Of a DNA stretch of 64,000 nucleotides, positions 12,812 through 26,827 are shown piece after piece (positions within the stretch are counted from its first letter, which is position 1; each line of letters starts with the position of its first letter). The notes under the pieces were generated by a model. That model was not told the origin of the DNA. It saw only the letters and a list, made by a program, of their open reading frames with translations, and made no database searches. The stretch spans positions 248,693,747 through 248,757,746 of the forward strand of contig NC_085842.1 in assembly GCF_035594765.1 (NCBI RefSeq), written 5' to 3'. A program made the translations under genes and the position numbers. The stretch comes from Anolis carolinensis (lineage: Eukaryota).

Positions 12812-13510
12812 TGTGACGGCGCGAGTGGCGCCATCTATATGTCAAACTATAAGTTTCAAGGTTTGAATTGTTGTATCATGTCTGATTTTGCCCTTACCCT
12901 GTAAATGTAGTTGGATTGGTTATTTATATCTGTCAATCAATGTTGTTTGTACCTGTTATATTGCTCACTCAGCAAAACTGTTTGGCTCCACCTCTTCCTG
13001 GAGTAGGACTGTGTTTCCTCCTTTTCATTCCATCAGCAAGTTCTGTATCGGATGGACGTGAAAGAGAGGCTTGGCTCAAAAAGCCCTTCAAAAGTTACCT
13101 CTCAGCACCAATTCTGAGGTTCTTACCCTTGGGACTCACACTTCATGTTCAGGGCCAACCTGAACAACGTTGAGGAGTCTCAAGCGCCTTCACATCAGTC
13201 CTTTGGCAACAGAGGAAGACTCTTGTCTTCAGATATAGGTCATTGGACTGAGGCTGAGTTTGCTCCGGCATTCACAGCCAGAGAAAGAGGGATCTGGACA
13301 AGCTTCATGGACTTAAACAACCAAAGACTGTAATGTATATTTTCTTTTACCCCCTTTGTGAAGAATAAACCCAGTTTTTGAGTTAACTACAGTGTTTTGG
13401 TCCTTGGGAGTTCCAGTTTCCCTAAAGGAGGGCAAGAAGCAATCCCCTGGGGAAAGATGTCACGTCCATGCCTCTTTCACTAAGAGTACAGCCCCAGGCG
13501 CGACGGCACA
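12812..13510 (+). mobile_element. Solo LTR (699 bp) of an LTR retrotransposon or ERV
   Basis: TGTG...CACA termini; perfect 5-bp TSD ATGTC (12807-12811, 13511-13515); AATAAA at 13364; no internal coding region. Confidence 0.82.
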
Positions 13511-15529
13511 ATGTCCATAACCACAATGGTAAGTTTATAATGTGGAGAGCCTTGCTCACTGGAGTGTTCGAATTGAACTAGATTATCTTTGCCTTTCTTT
13601 GAGCCTTAGTCATTCCTTTTACTTGATCAGATTTTGGTGTGTCTCTCTTTTTTTAAGGCAACGTTTTTGGAGGAGTAAAATGGAAAGAGATGAAGTGGGA
13701 ATTTGTGTTTAATATACCAGTGTGTGACCTACAGGACCTGAGATAAAGCACAACCATTACGTTCTCATGAAGGCTACAGCCTTGGCATTACTAACCCTTC
13801 CTGAATGGCATGGTACAGAAAAGGCTGTTAAGGGGAGGCTAATGCCTATACAGCCAGTGTAATGAAGAAATGGGAGGTTTAGGCGCAGGGAAGCACAGCT
13901 CCAACAGAAGGAGCTGAAAAGATATAGATAAGATTAGTGACATATGTAAAGGCACAGATACTGTGTGACAAAGTCTGTGCGGCTGAATAGACTGAAGCCA
14001 GCAGTAATAGGAAGCCCATGTTCTTCCTAATCCTCCCAGATAAGCTGTTCCATCCAGAATTATCAGCCAACAATCTTCAGGGTATCAGCCTGAAAATGAA
14101 GTTTCAGACTGCTTTGATTTCTCATCTATAAATGAGAAAGTGCCTGAAGGATCTTTATTTATTCTCACTCCCACCGAAACACTCTTCAAAAAGTGCCAAT
14201 ATACTAGCAACAGATGCATAAAGCCTCCGTTTGTTTGATTGACAGAACACGATATAAAGCAACCCTCACTTGACATTTCAGTTTCATAAGACGCCTGGCA
14301 AGGGGGAAAGGAAGGAAAGGATAGAAAGGGGAAAAACATACTTCACCAGAAAATAAAGGAGGATTTATGCAAACTCACAGATAATATTTCAGAATGTTTC
14401 TCATTTTAACTGCTTTCCAGTTCCAGTGGGTCATGTGATATTCCGAGTTGTTGCTGATGAGTAATTTCAATACAACAGTTTACTTCCCTTCTGGGTATAC
14501 AGCCATCCCTTCACATTGCCATTTTTATTCTTGAGGATTTTATGGATTTGATTAAAAAAAAAATTTCTAGAAATTCCTAGGTCCTCTAATGTGACTCCAT
14601 GGTCAACTTTCAGCAGCAGTTCACCATAGTCGTATCCTGGAAGACCTAAAATTCCTAGAGAGATGTTTTCTCAGGTAAATAAATAGAAATTATTATATTT
14701 AGGTTTTTTTTTTCACTTTCATGGAGGTAGATGTGGGTGCTGTGCTCTTAGCCCCAGTGAATGTGGGTGGCTGACTGTAGTTTTGCAGGGTTTTAGACTG
14801 TAGTTGTAAACACATTTGGATAAACTCAGCCAAAAATAAGACTATTTATTTCTGCGTAAATATATGTAGGATTTTGCTCTTTCTGTCAGCATCCAGCTTT
14901 TAATTTGAAATGTTGTTCTTAAAATTATGCTTGACTGAGGGTGGCCCAAGACGTTTTACAGCCAGAAATGAAATACAAGATAGCATCTTCTCTTCCACCA
15001 TAACAGAAGTAGACTGGTCTAGACTGTCAGGTGAATCTTACTTGAACACAGTCAATGAGAAAATGTTTTTCTGTCATGCCCAAGGGCAGCCATTTGGCTT
15101 GGGGTCACAAGGCAGACTGTCTGACACAAACACATTTCTATATTCCATATCTGTCTGCCACTTCCTGTCCTTTATCATCTGCTTTATTCTATCTAACTGA
15201 AGGAATGGTCCTGATGTGGAAAATCTAGAAACCAGTTGTTTTATCTAATTATATCTTTACATAATATATCTAGCACAAATCGACAGAGGTTTTCACAATT
15301 GCTATTACTACCAATCCCTCAGTTAAGTCTGATGCGCCCCCTCATTTTAGTATGGAGCTGTTTCTGGGTTCTCAGAGGCCATTTGCACTGCTACAAAACT
15401 GATAAGACTTGGAGCATGACCAAGATGGCACACTAGTCTTCCACCTGAGGACCAGCTTAGCTAAACAGAGAGAGGCTTGTGACCTAGTACTGCCTTGTTG
15501 TGTGGAACAGTTGCATTCTCTACCATCTA

Positions 15530-15740
15530 CAATCAATGTTTTATGTTGATATTTCATGCTGGTTTGTATGATGATTATACTATTTTACCTGTTTTACATT
15601 GGTTTAAGTATGCTGTATTTTATTGTATTTTGGAACTGGCTTGTCCCCATGTGAACCGCCCCGAGTCCCCTCTGGGGAGATGGAAGCGGGATATAAAAAT
15701 AAAGTTATTATTGTTGTTATTATTATTATTATTATCATCA
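15530..15740 (+). mobile_element. L2-like LINE 3' end with A/T-rich repeat tail
   Basis: GTGAACCGCCCCGAGTCCCC..GGGGAGA..GCGGGATATAAAAATAAA stem-loop tail; related tails at ~26514-26580 and ~63113-63176. Confidence 0.55.
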
Positions 15741-18700
15741 TTGGGGGATTTTCTGCACCTATGAATCCTAGATCTTTAAGGTATTGTCAGCTAAATAACA
15801 ACTCACATAACTTTGGATGAAAAGGTGACTTTAATCATACAGCACTAGTTTGTTTCAAGTATGATGTTTCTCATGGGAAGCATATCTGATTTCAAAATCT
15901 TTTTATGTGTAAAAAAAAAACCCTAGCCTAATAACTAATTTTCATCCTGATATGACCCACACTCCTAAGATACAGGTGGAATCCTGCATGACCTGTTACA
16001 TCATGTAACTTTATACATACTTAACTACATAGTGGAACTGGAAGGAAACCCCTTTACCAAATTGTGAAGTTGTGTAAAAAGGCACAGGGAAGAGCACGTA
16101 ATGTATTTTGGGAGCAATGTACGTCACTACATAATATGCATCAGTGGGAATGTAGTACACGTTGGTACACAAGGTGTATTACTGCACATTGTGATTTATA
16201 TGGTGAATCAATGCACATTTGGCACAATGTCCCTTGCACACAAGTATTGCACTTTGCTGCACATTGCATTATGATGTGGATTGGACACTTTGCAGGCTTT
16301 GTTGAGTAATAACATAATAGCAGCCCTATACTTCATACCAACATTATGCAATAGCTGGATTCTAATTCCCACATATGCAAACCCAAGTATGAGGCTTCAA
16401 CAAGCTTCTAGCAGAATGAATGGATGTATGTTTGCTAACAGTAAGCAAGGTAAGGAAGAAAACAAAACAACACCCTACTCTAGAGGTGAATCTGTTCCTG
16501 CTCAGCTCAAGCAGATATTGTGTGTATATATGTGTGTGTGGGGGGGGAGCAATGTCATCAGTCATAAAAATGAAAAGTTGTGGTACAATTGCAATCATGG
16601 TACAGTTAGCCCACCTACCTAGTCTTGCCTACATTGGCCCCAAACTCCAAGTTCAACCAGAAGTCACTCCTGGGTATCCAGATGAAATTTAGGATCATCA
16701 AGTTCATGTTATGAGAAGTTGGGGAATGCTCCAGAGTTTCAGAGTTGGTGTGGATAGTTGGGTTGGCTCCAATTCGAGCCATGTCGCTGTCTACACAGCT
16801 TGCACTGCCTTCCCCCTTTTCTTGAGTTCCATGGTACAGGGAAAATGTATGGATCAGGCCTATGTTGTTCCTGCTGTCATGTCAGTTAGCCAGACAGCCC
16901 TAGGGAACCTTTGTTGGCATCAGCAAAGATAGCTGCACAACCAGAGAGAAAGAGGGTGGCGATCTTCAGACATAAGGAGTATCAACTTGTCTGGAATTCT
17001 GTTGGTTCATCCTAACTAAAGTATACTCATTCAATAATTGTTAAATTGTAAGAGGAATGAACTCTGGGAATCACTTCTAAAAATTCCTTATCTAAGAAAT
17101 CCCTATAAAATTCATGGAATTGCCAGAAGTCAGCAGATGACTCAAAGGAACAAGTAAATCTAATTGATTCAATGGCCTCTATGCATGGAGGAGGAGTTGT
17201 TCAAAGCTACAGACAATGAGATTGCTGTTGCCCACTTTTGGCCTAAAACTATTTAGCTATTTGTGATTCCTTTATTTTATTGCTTTTAAACTTATTTATT
17301 ATGCAATGCTTTTGACACGAAATAAAATAAAAATGGGTGTACTTTGGGAAAGACTAGCAACAGAATTCAAGTCATTATCTTAAAACCAGCATTGAAATAA
17401 AGTTAAAAAAAAAACCCCTACCACAATAGCACCATAATTCATTTATTTGTTGGGGATGAGAACTCTTCTCTTAGTTTGGCAGTTAACAGACTAACTTACT
17501 GACTCTTAACTTGTAAAATGCTTACATGTTTGATATTTCAGGGAGGGTGTTATGCAAAAGCTAGAGACATCTAGCATGAAAATGCAAACAGTCACAATAA
17601 AATGCTTTCAGCCATATGGTATGTCTTCTATTTCAAAATATGTGGTCAACAGTTTCCTTATCAAAAAGCATACACATTCTCTCAGAAAGCGGGATAAAGA
17701 AATCTGTGTAAAATGTTCCAGCTTTTCAAAATTTGAGCTCTGTCTTTTTGAAACTTAAAAAAACTCACTGCAAATGAGATATCTTTGGTTAGGATTATAG
17801 ATTTAATCATTTTGAGAAGGAATATATGTTGCTATATTTAGATGAAAGAAGAATTGGTTTGAATGGCATCTCTAATACGGAATCATGAAATGATTTTGAT
17901 CAAGTCATGGGCAGCTTTAGTTCTCTATGTCTAAAGTGAGAATACTTATGATTATTATAATCATAATTTCCCTCAACCAGCATACCAATATTAACTATAT
18001 ATGCTGCTTGTATACAAAAATATCACAATAGAGCAAAAATAGATGGTTTTTTTAAATTTTAGAAAATCGATTTTGATCTTCCGCTTGGACGGCAAAATTT
18101 CTACTCTCAGTGCTTTATTGGAGGACTTTATGTGGATAGACATACTTCTATTGATATCTAAGATCTGCCCAGAATTCCTCTGGGTTGTTAAACTATTCCT
18201 TGTGAACCTTCTTCCCAGTGAGATACTCTTGTCTGAGACTGGGCCCATATCTCAAAGCTTGGAGTTTCCTCACTTCTTTGCACTATCGTGCCGTCTCCCA
18301 TGCCCAAATAGATTCGTTGCTTCATTGCTTCACACCCCATCACTGCATTCTTGCAACATCCATTATGGCAGGCTTATCCACCTACACTTAGAGCTCAGTG
18401 GCTTGTCGTACTGAATACTGGAGAGAAAGTCTACTTCGTGTGCAGAGCTATATTCATGAGCTTGCCAGTCTTAGTGGCTTATCTTTTTGAACCTTCAGGG
18501 AAATTACACCTCGCAGTATGACAACGGGGCTGCTAAAGTTGCAGATTTAAGGTCAGTACATTACCTTCCAGAGAGTATGTTGGGTGCCTGGCATGTTCTA
18601 AAGGGACTCTGGAAGTGTGCACAGGCCAATACTAGCAATTTTTGGTAATTGAAAGGGAGAAGAACTTTAAATGGGTATTTCATTTCAGTGAGCACTGCCC

Positions 18701-20181
18701 TCTTTAAAAACAAAGGATTCTGAGTAAATGCTCTAGCTCTTCATGCCCAGAGGCATACAGTACTTTGAGTCTGATATGCCAATGTGGACGAATAACCTAC
18801 AGCTATACAGTATCAACATTACTATGATCCTCAAACCTGCAAAAGGGAGGGGAGGACGGCCAGGCTGAGCCTCCACTTCAATGTGGGTCAAAAGTATTTT
18901 ATGTAGAATCAGTGAATTTCCTTGAGCCCATGTGCCATCTCCTTCAGAGACCGCCGGAGGCCCTAAAATGCCTTATTTCAAACAGGTGATATCTCTGTGC
19001 CTGTCCTTCCGCTGACCTACACATGCATGCACATTCTGAAAACATATTATCTGAAACTAGAGGTAGACAAGTGATTTGAAGAAAAAACAAAAACTTCCAG
19101 ATTGTTTTTGACATTTTCAGTCTTCCTCTGTAATGCTTTATTGTCCATATTACAGCATCACGGTAATGTTTTTCTGATGGATGCTGAAACTTCTTAGTAG
19201 GAGCCAAAGGACAATTTAGGTGATGTTTCTGCAATGTAAAATTTAAAATATCAGGGTTTTCTTCATAGTTTTACATTTATTTTTGAATAGAAAATACAAA
19301 TATTGTGGCACATAGAATCAAGTGATGAAAGCTAACACATGTTACATGGAAATTGTAATGAATTCAGTATCTAATCATATTAATTACATATAAGATAAAA
19401 AGAAGTATATGCACACACACACATATATATATATTATATACCCTAGCAGATGTTTAAATATTGATTTATTAACTAATCTAAAAACTCTGAAAAGTAGTGT
19501 GAAAACATTTCTAGAATCCGGTTTTCAAACAGCTCCAGCAATTTCAAACTTAAATATTTTGTAATTTCTCAGGTGGCTGACTGTGGAAGTTAGCATGTAC
19601 TAGCTTCACCACCAAGATGGTGCATGCATTCCCAGGGGCCCTTGACATGCATGTGAAAATCTGGGCATAGCAAGAGGGTGATCTTCAATCTTTTGGATAA
19701 AATGTCCCTATTCTTCACTAGGATAACCCTTGAACTGCACCAGTTTGAGGCCACACTGTGGTTTCCCTTCCTGTGGCCAAAATTGAAGGGAACATTGTAA
19801 AGAATAAACCAAACCTTCATGGGTGGAGACGGAAAAGAAGGAAAATTTCCTCCTGCTTTCTGCCTGTGATTCAGAGACCTGGCTGGACTTTGGAAATAAT
19901 GTCTCTCCTTTCTGTCATTTAAGCTCTCCAGGGTTTCCAAGTCAGGAACATTCCAGGGCCCTGGTGGTGCCATTAATTGCTTATAGCATGCTATTCATAT
20001 AATAAAACACAAGTGAGAAAATAGTTTTTTGACAGGATTTATATTAAAGAGTGGGGTAGGGGGATGCACAATTTTTTCAGCACAGTTTTAAACACTTTAG
20101 CAAACACTTCCTTTAAGCAAATCTGGAAATTTATATCAAGCAAAGAAAAATCTCCCAGCTGTGCTTTCAACAGGTCTACAG

Positions 20182-21104
20182 TAATTTGTGGCAAGTTCTT
20201 GGTGGTATGGGGATACCAAGTCACCTTGTCTATTTCCTGAGAAATCTGTATAATGACCAAGTAGCAACAGTAAGAACAGACCACAGAACAACAGACTGGT
20301 TCAAGATTGGAAAAGGGGTATGGCAGGGCTGCATACTCATACCCTTCCTATTTAACATGTATGCAGAACACATCATGCAATGTGCAAGACTTGGATGAAT
20401 CCAAGACTGGAGTTAAAATTGCTGGAAGAAACATTAACCTTAGATATGCAGATGATACCACTTTGATGGCTGAAAGCAAGGAGTAGCTGAGAAGCCTTAT
20501 CACCAAGGTGAAAGAAGAAAGTGCAAAAGCTGGGTTGCAGTTAAATCAAGAAAACCAAGATTATGTCAACCAGATTGATTGATAACTGGCAAATAGAGGG
20601 GAAAAATATGGAGGCAGTGAGAGACTTTGTATTTCTAGGCACAAAGATTACTGCAGACACAGACTGCAGCCAGAAAATTAGAAGATGTTTACTTCTTGGG
20701 AGGAGAGCAATGACCAATCTCGATAAAATGGTGAAGATTAGAGACATCACACTGGCAACGAAGGTCCGCATACTTAAAGCAATGGTATTCCCCATAGTAA
20801 CCTATGAATGTGAGAGCTGGACCACAAGGAAGGCTAAGCAAAGGAAGATAGATGCTTTTGAACTTTGGTGCTGAAGGAAAATTCTGAAAGTGCCTTGGAC
20901 CGCAAGAAGATTCAACCAGTCCATACTCCAGGAAATAATGCCCGGCTGCTCACTGGAAGGAAGGATATTAGAGGTAAAGGTAAAGTACTTTGGCCACATC
21001 TTGAGAAGACAGGAAAGCTTAGAGAAGAGAATGATGCTGGGAAAAATGAAAGGAAAAAGGATAAGGGGCTGACCAAGGGCAAGATGGATGGATGGTATCC
21101 TTGA
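20182..21104 (+). mobile_element. RTE/BovB LINE fragment, degenerate reverse transcriptase
   Basis: LWQVL..MGIP.HL..LRNLY..Q.ATVRT, GKGV.QGCIL, RYADDTTLMAES, KAMVFPIVTY.CESWT, IDAFELWC; in-frame stops and frameshifts. Confidence 0.92.
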
Positions 21105-21290
21105 AATTGGTCAAGAGTTCCAATTGAGCCTTAGTATGAAGTTCTTTTTGTTTTTCTTTTTTGAATATTTCAACAAAAAGTGTCAGCTTTTTCCTTAACT
21201 GTTTTCATGTCCATTCTTTGGTTACAGATTGCCTTCTCCCCTTTAAAAAATGTGTCTTAACTTAGGCACTTAGAAAATGATCAACTCTCA

Positions 21291-21424
21291 GGCCCTTTCC
21301 AGACAGGCCCTATATCCCAGGTTTTCTGTTTATCCCAGATTATCTGCTTTAAACTCATATAATCCAGTTTAAAGCAGAAAACCTGGGATCTGATCCCGGG
21401 ATATAGGGCCTGTCTGGAAGGGCC
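21291..21424. mobile_element. PIF/Harbinger-like MITE (GGCCC.TTCCA.ACAG family)
   Basis: Fold-back ends GGCCCTTTCCAGACAGGCCCTATATCCC / GGGATATAGGGCCTGTCTGGAAGGGCC. Confidence 0.75.
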
Positions 21425-21444
21425 CTAGGCATTCAATTGTAGTA

Positions 21445-21767
21445 CAGTAGAGTCTCACTTATCCAACAGTCACTTATCCAACGTTCTGGATTATCCAATG
21501 CATTTTTGTAGTCAATGTTTTCAAAACATCATGATATTTTGGTGCTAAATTCATAAATACAGTAATTACTACATAGCATTACTGCATATTGAACTACTTT
21601 TTCTGTCAAATTTGTTGTATAACATGATGTTTTGGTGCTTAATTTGTACAATCATAATTTAATTTGATGTTTAATAGGCTTTTCCTTAATTCCTCCTTAT
21701 TATCCAACATATTCACTTATCCAACGTTCTGCTGGCCCGTTTATGTTGGATAAGTGAGACTCTACTG
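21445..21767. mobile_element. Tc1/mariner-pogo type MITE
   Basis: Perfect TIR CAGTAGAGTCTCACTTATCCAAC; TA TSD. Confidence 0.9.
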
Positions 21768-24700
21768 TATATATTTTTTAAAAATCAAAAAAAACACCAC
21801 ATTATGCTCTCTATCCCTTTCTCCTTATAGAGCTTACTTCTTGCATCAGACAAGGGAAAGTATGTGGCAATGAGATAAGGTAAAATTAACCTTTCCAAAC
21901 CAATAGAATGCTTTAAAAAAGGAATCCTTCCACACCTCATTGTGAGGTTTGTGACAACCTTGGATGCCAGACATCACTTCCTACCATTTGGAGTAGAATA
22001 CAAAAGAAAGGTTCTTTCTAACACAATCTTTCTTTGTCAGTGTGAGGTGTTAGTAGAAATGGATATGATGTTATAGCAACAGTGCAACCATTGTTTGCTT
22101 TTCAGCTTGTTTACCTACAGGGCAAGCAGGTAAAGGGCTAATCAAAGATCATAAGCAATTGACCATTTTGTAGGCATCATCATCAATAAAGAAAGGGTGA
22201 TGGGTTAATGGGTGTGGGGGTAAGAGGGGTAGGGGTTTGATAAGATGTGATAAGTGTACAGTCATTAATATTTTGTATATGATTTGCATTAGATGGCTGT
22301 ATCAAGTTTTGTTAATATTTTCTTTTCTTTTTATGTATGGTTTTCTTTTTTCTGTTTTTTTCCTTTTTTCTCTTTTTGTTTTTTCATTTGCACAACAAAA
22401 ATAAATAAAAATTATTTTTAAAAAACAATAAAGAAAGGGAAATGAAGGAATACTGAGCAAGCACAGCAGTACTTTGTGCTTCCTCTCCAAAGTTACTTGT
22501 TTGGATTATAAGACCCCAAACTAGGTTGTGAGATTTGAAAAGGGCTAAATAAATAAATAAATACGAGATTTCCTTTCATAGTAACTTATCAATGATAGCG
22601 ATCTATCAGAGGAATCCAGTTTCAATCAATGGCTCAGCCTATGTTTTCCAGACAGTTTGGACACTACACTGAGATCTTCAGATTGAGGGACAACTGCAAA
22701 TGCATCTGGGAGACAAAGTGAGCATTTGAACTGTGTATAGAGAGAAAGGCATGAATTTCATATGCTTTCTTGCTCAATGCTCACTATATAAAACATAAGC
22801 AAAGAAAGCTTATCTCACCTTGGGGGCGGTGGGGGGGAGAAGAAAAATTGTCAAAATAATCACAAACCAGATATGGAGGTGGGAAAGACCAGATATCTAC
22901 AGATTAGGATATTATAGATCAGATGTGCTCCTCAAAATGTTTTGGACTGCAACTCCCAGTGTTTCCCCCCTTTCTCTAAGCTGTCTTGGATGGGATGGTA
23001 GTTCAACAACATCTGAGGGCCACATGATTCCTACATTGTTACAAATGTGTGAAATCTTAGTTTGAGAGCTTCTGTGTCATGGTTCCTTTCCATTCCACAA
23101 GGTAAGAGATCCCAAGGTGACAAGAGAGAATGTTATGACATGGCTCCTTCTTGCAACAGCATTTCTCTAGTTCTAAGAAAAGTGATGCTAGCATAGGAAA
23201 TTCAAATTGGATTGTAGTAACTTCCCCACCCAGTACAAAAGATAGTGAAATTGCTAGATTCTGGATTGCACACATTTTCAGGCTATGCTTTTGAATGTAT
23301 ATATATATGTATCCCCAGGTTATTTGTTGACATATTTTATATGTCTTAAGTAAGGAATACGCAGAAGTGGTTCTGCCAGTTGCTTCCTCTTAAATATAGT
23401 CTACAGCACCTGGTGTTTGTTAATCGTTTTTCATCCAAGTAGGAACAAGAAATGAGGCCTAAAGGTTGGGAACCACTGCTTTAGGGCATTTGCATACCCC
23501 CCCCCCCCCCCAAATATACCCTATTGACCAAATGGCCATAATATTCCATTTGGGACTCATTTTGAGTTTTCAAGAGCATGGCTCCATGTCATAGGCTCCA
23601 TTTTGAATGACACTGCCATTTTTGAAGGGTTTGGTCTTTTGTTATTTCATTGTATATCCCCTCCCCACTATCATTGCTTAGCCTGATTTTCAATAGAAGA
23701 TTTGTAGTGTTTTTTCTCAGATATTTTTGGGGAGGGGTTGTGAGTCCCAAAGGGTCAAATAATTATAGATCACACAATTCCAACCTGTACTATATAAGAC
23801 TTTCTCCCTGATAATGCCAGTTTACCTTTCTCAGGCAAAATGCTTGTATACATACAATCATAAATGTTATCGTCCAAAACATTAGCATCTTCATTGTGTA
23901 ATGTATCGATTTCTACCCATTAACTGTTCTATCACTAGAGCTGAAGATAGGTTTTGGGGAGTGAAGGAAAGTGGAAGCAGGATATTCAAGTGACTTCCTG
24001 GAAAAATTGTCAAGTTTTGTATAAACTTCTAACCTCTGGCCCTCTACATTAGAGTTTCACTTTTGCAGATTAATTTGCTCACAAATTTTATTAATCTATG
24101 TACTCTAGATTCTCCAGCTCAATTTTATAGTCAACTTTCACCAGGGGTTGGCCATAGAGTTGCACAGGAAGACCTAGAGTTTTCTAGAGAGGTTTAAATA
24201 AAATTCTGGATAAAATTATGGATTTCCTACTTCCATGGATGCCCTGTGCCCCTAACCCCAGCGAATGTGGAGGGCTGTTGGTATTAGTGTGCCAAATAAG
24301 GTTGTGGTCTTTTCCTCCTTCTATAACGCATATTTAAGCCTACTTTTCCATTACATTATTTGAGCCTACCTTTCCATAACTAATATATAGCATCATAAAT
24401 GTCATTAGCAGGAAAGCTTTGGGCTGCTTCTCTTGAACTTTCATTCTATATGTTGATTACATCATTTACATACACTCAGATTTCACCAAGAACATTATGA
24501 ACTTCTCCAGGGACTAGAAAATGTGTTGTATTTTTTTAAAGTATGCACAAATGCTCTGATAAATCAAAACAGTTGAGTGAGCTTATTATTGGGGGGGGGG
24601 GGGTCTATTTTTGTATAATAAAACAAAATGCTGCTTTTGAAGTAATTGTAATAAAAATGGATCTCCCAAAAGGCTATGCTAGATTTGATGCTCACCACTC

Positions 24701-26827
24701 CTTATGATATGCATACTTTCTAAAAACTGCAATTGACATAAACACGTACATAATGTTACTTAAAACTAATCAGAGAATATTGAACAGACATAAAATAAAA
24801 GCTTTGGTACTTAAAGTTAATCAGACAATATCATTTTGAACAATCTGAAATCATAATATTTGGCAATAATTATTATGTGGAGTATGCTAGGCAGAAAAAG
24901 TATTATTACCCTTCCCACAAGGCAAGATTTGTTGAGAGGTATCCTGTCAAAGAAGACAGAGCCATCTCTTACTGAAGGTTGTGGGCTTCCCTTGATCCTA
25001 ATATTGGAAATAATTTCACTCTTATTGGCTGGGCCATTACATCAGGGCTACTGCCCAGTCCTTTACGTCACATGGTTGATCTATTTTCCTGAGGCATCCA
25101 AACAGGTAAAAGCAAAGTAATTCAAACTCTGCTTTGTCCCAAATTATTTAGACATCCCCATTAGATCCGGGCATTTGTGAAAGGTCCGGTTCTAATGGGG
25201 TACAGGCCCTATGGGGACAGACTACTGGGGCTCCCTCCAAAGTTTGGGGGTTTGGGTGGCTCAATGCCATCCTGAAAGTTTTCAGCTTGTCATGGACACC
25301 TACCCGGGAAAGCCTGGGTTTTGGGGGATGTGTGGGAATTTAAATCTACTACAAAGCTAGTTAAAGTCTTGTCTGGAAGCACCCTCAGAGATAGAGGATG
25401 TGTGGACCACGGGACATCAATAGTCCTAAGTCCCATCTTTGGGGCCTCTTTTAGAGGATACTCCTAAGCCTTAAAAATGCAACAGTTGTCTTTCGCACCC
25501 TCCAGAGCTCCCAGCCCTCCTTTTCCCAGCTATAATAGAAACTGGAAATGACATAATGTTACCTCTGGTGCCTTGCAATGCATTCAAAAAGAGGTAGGGG
25601 CAAAATCCCCCTTCCACTTCCCCATGCAGCCAATTGCTATATTAATGTCAGAGTTTAGGCTTTTCATTTTTCCCTCTGTTTCAGTGGTTCCATGGTTTCA
25701 TAGAAAAAATGAAGTACAGAGAACTAGCTTAGATTCCAAATCTTCTCCCACAAGAACATTTCCTATTGAAGGACTATATATGGGACAAATCATATAGGCT
25801 TCAATGCATAATCAGCCAGAAAGTGGAACTTAGTGAACATGTTCATGTTCCTCCTCTCATTTTGCCACCTGTGAGTACTCCTTACTTAAGAAAACCCTAT
25901 GAAATTTATGGAATTGTCACAAAGCTACAAGCGGCTTTAAGGCACATGCAAAGAGATATCTGTTTTTATATAACTCAGATAATATAAATGTATTATTTTA
26001 TAGACCTACCAACATGGTATCTAATAGAATCAGAGATGAGAAGCATTTGGCTGCAAAGGTGGTTGGTGGCTTCCATGGCAGCAGGATATTGAATTCCCTA
26101 TGGATTTTAGCCCAAACTAAGTTATCCAAGGAACTTACAAAATAAAAGCTTATTAAAGGAACCCTACTCCCAAATCAGGTTTAGCTTCTTGGACAGCTCC
26201 TATAAAGATTTGAGAATGATTTCCACAGTTGAGTTTGTATGGCTACTCTTTAACCATGGATAGCCCTATGGACACAGTTTCAGAGTCACTGTTGTTTCCA
26301 GGAGTTTCACTACTGTGGCCTTTATTTGCTTGTTTTGATCAAAGGAATTTGGTTACTGACAACCTTGGGATCAGTGCAATGTTAAAATGTTTTATATTTA
26401 TGTTTGATGGTTTATAGTTTTTAATGGTTTAATTTATAACTATATGTTATTGTCTTAGATGTGTGATATGCTGTTTTTATTGTATGTGAGGCACTGAATT
26501 TTTGCCTTTTGATGTGAACTGCTTTGAGTCTCCCCAGGGGTGAGAAAAGCGGTATATAAATGCAATAAATAAATAAATAAAGTTGAAACTAAAACCAAAA
26601 GCGGATTCATTGTTCTATTGACATGGGAGCTACAACTGTGTGGTCCTCTAGGTTGCATCATATTGATTGTTTTGTAGGAAATGCCCTTACATCTGCTTAA
26701 GTACATGAGCTATTGCTAGCACAGCTGTGGGGAGGAATAATAGGAGCTGCAGTCCAGCAGCTTTTCAAGGAATACACAATATTCTCCAGCCTGGTTTTTA
26801 ACAAAAATTATTCTTACCTCAGAACAA

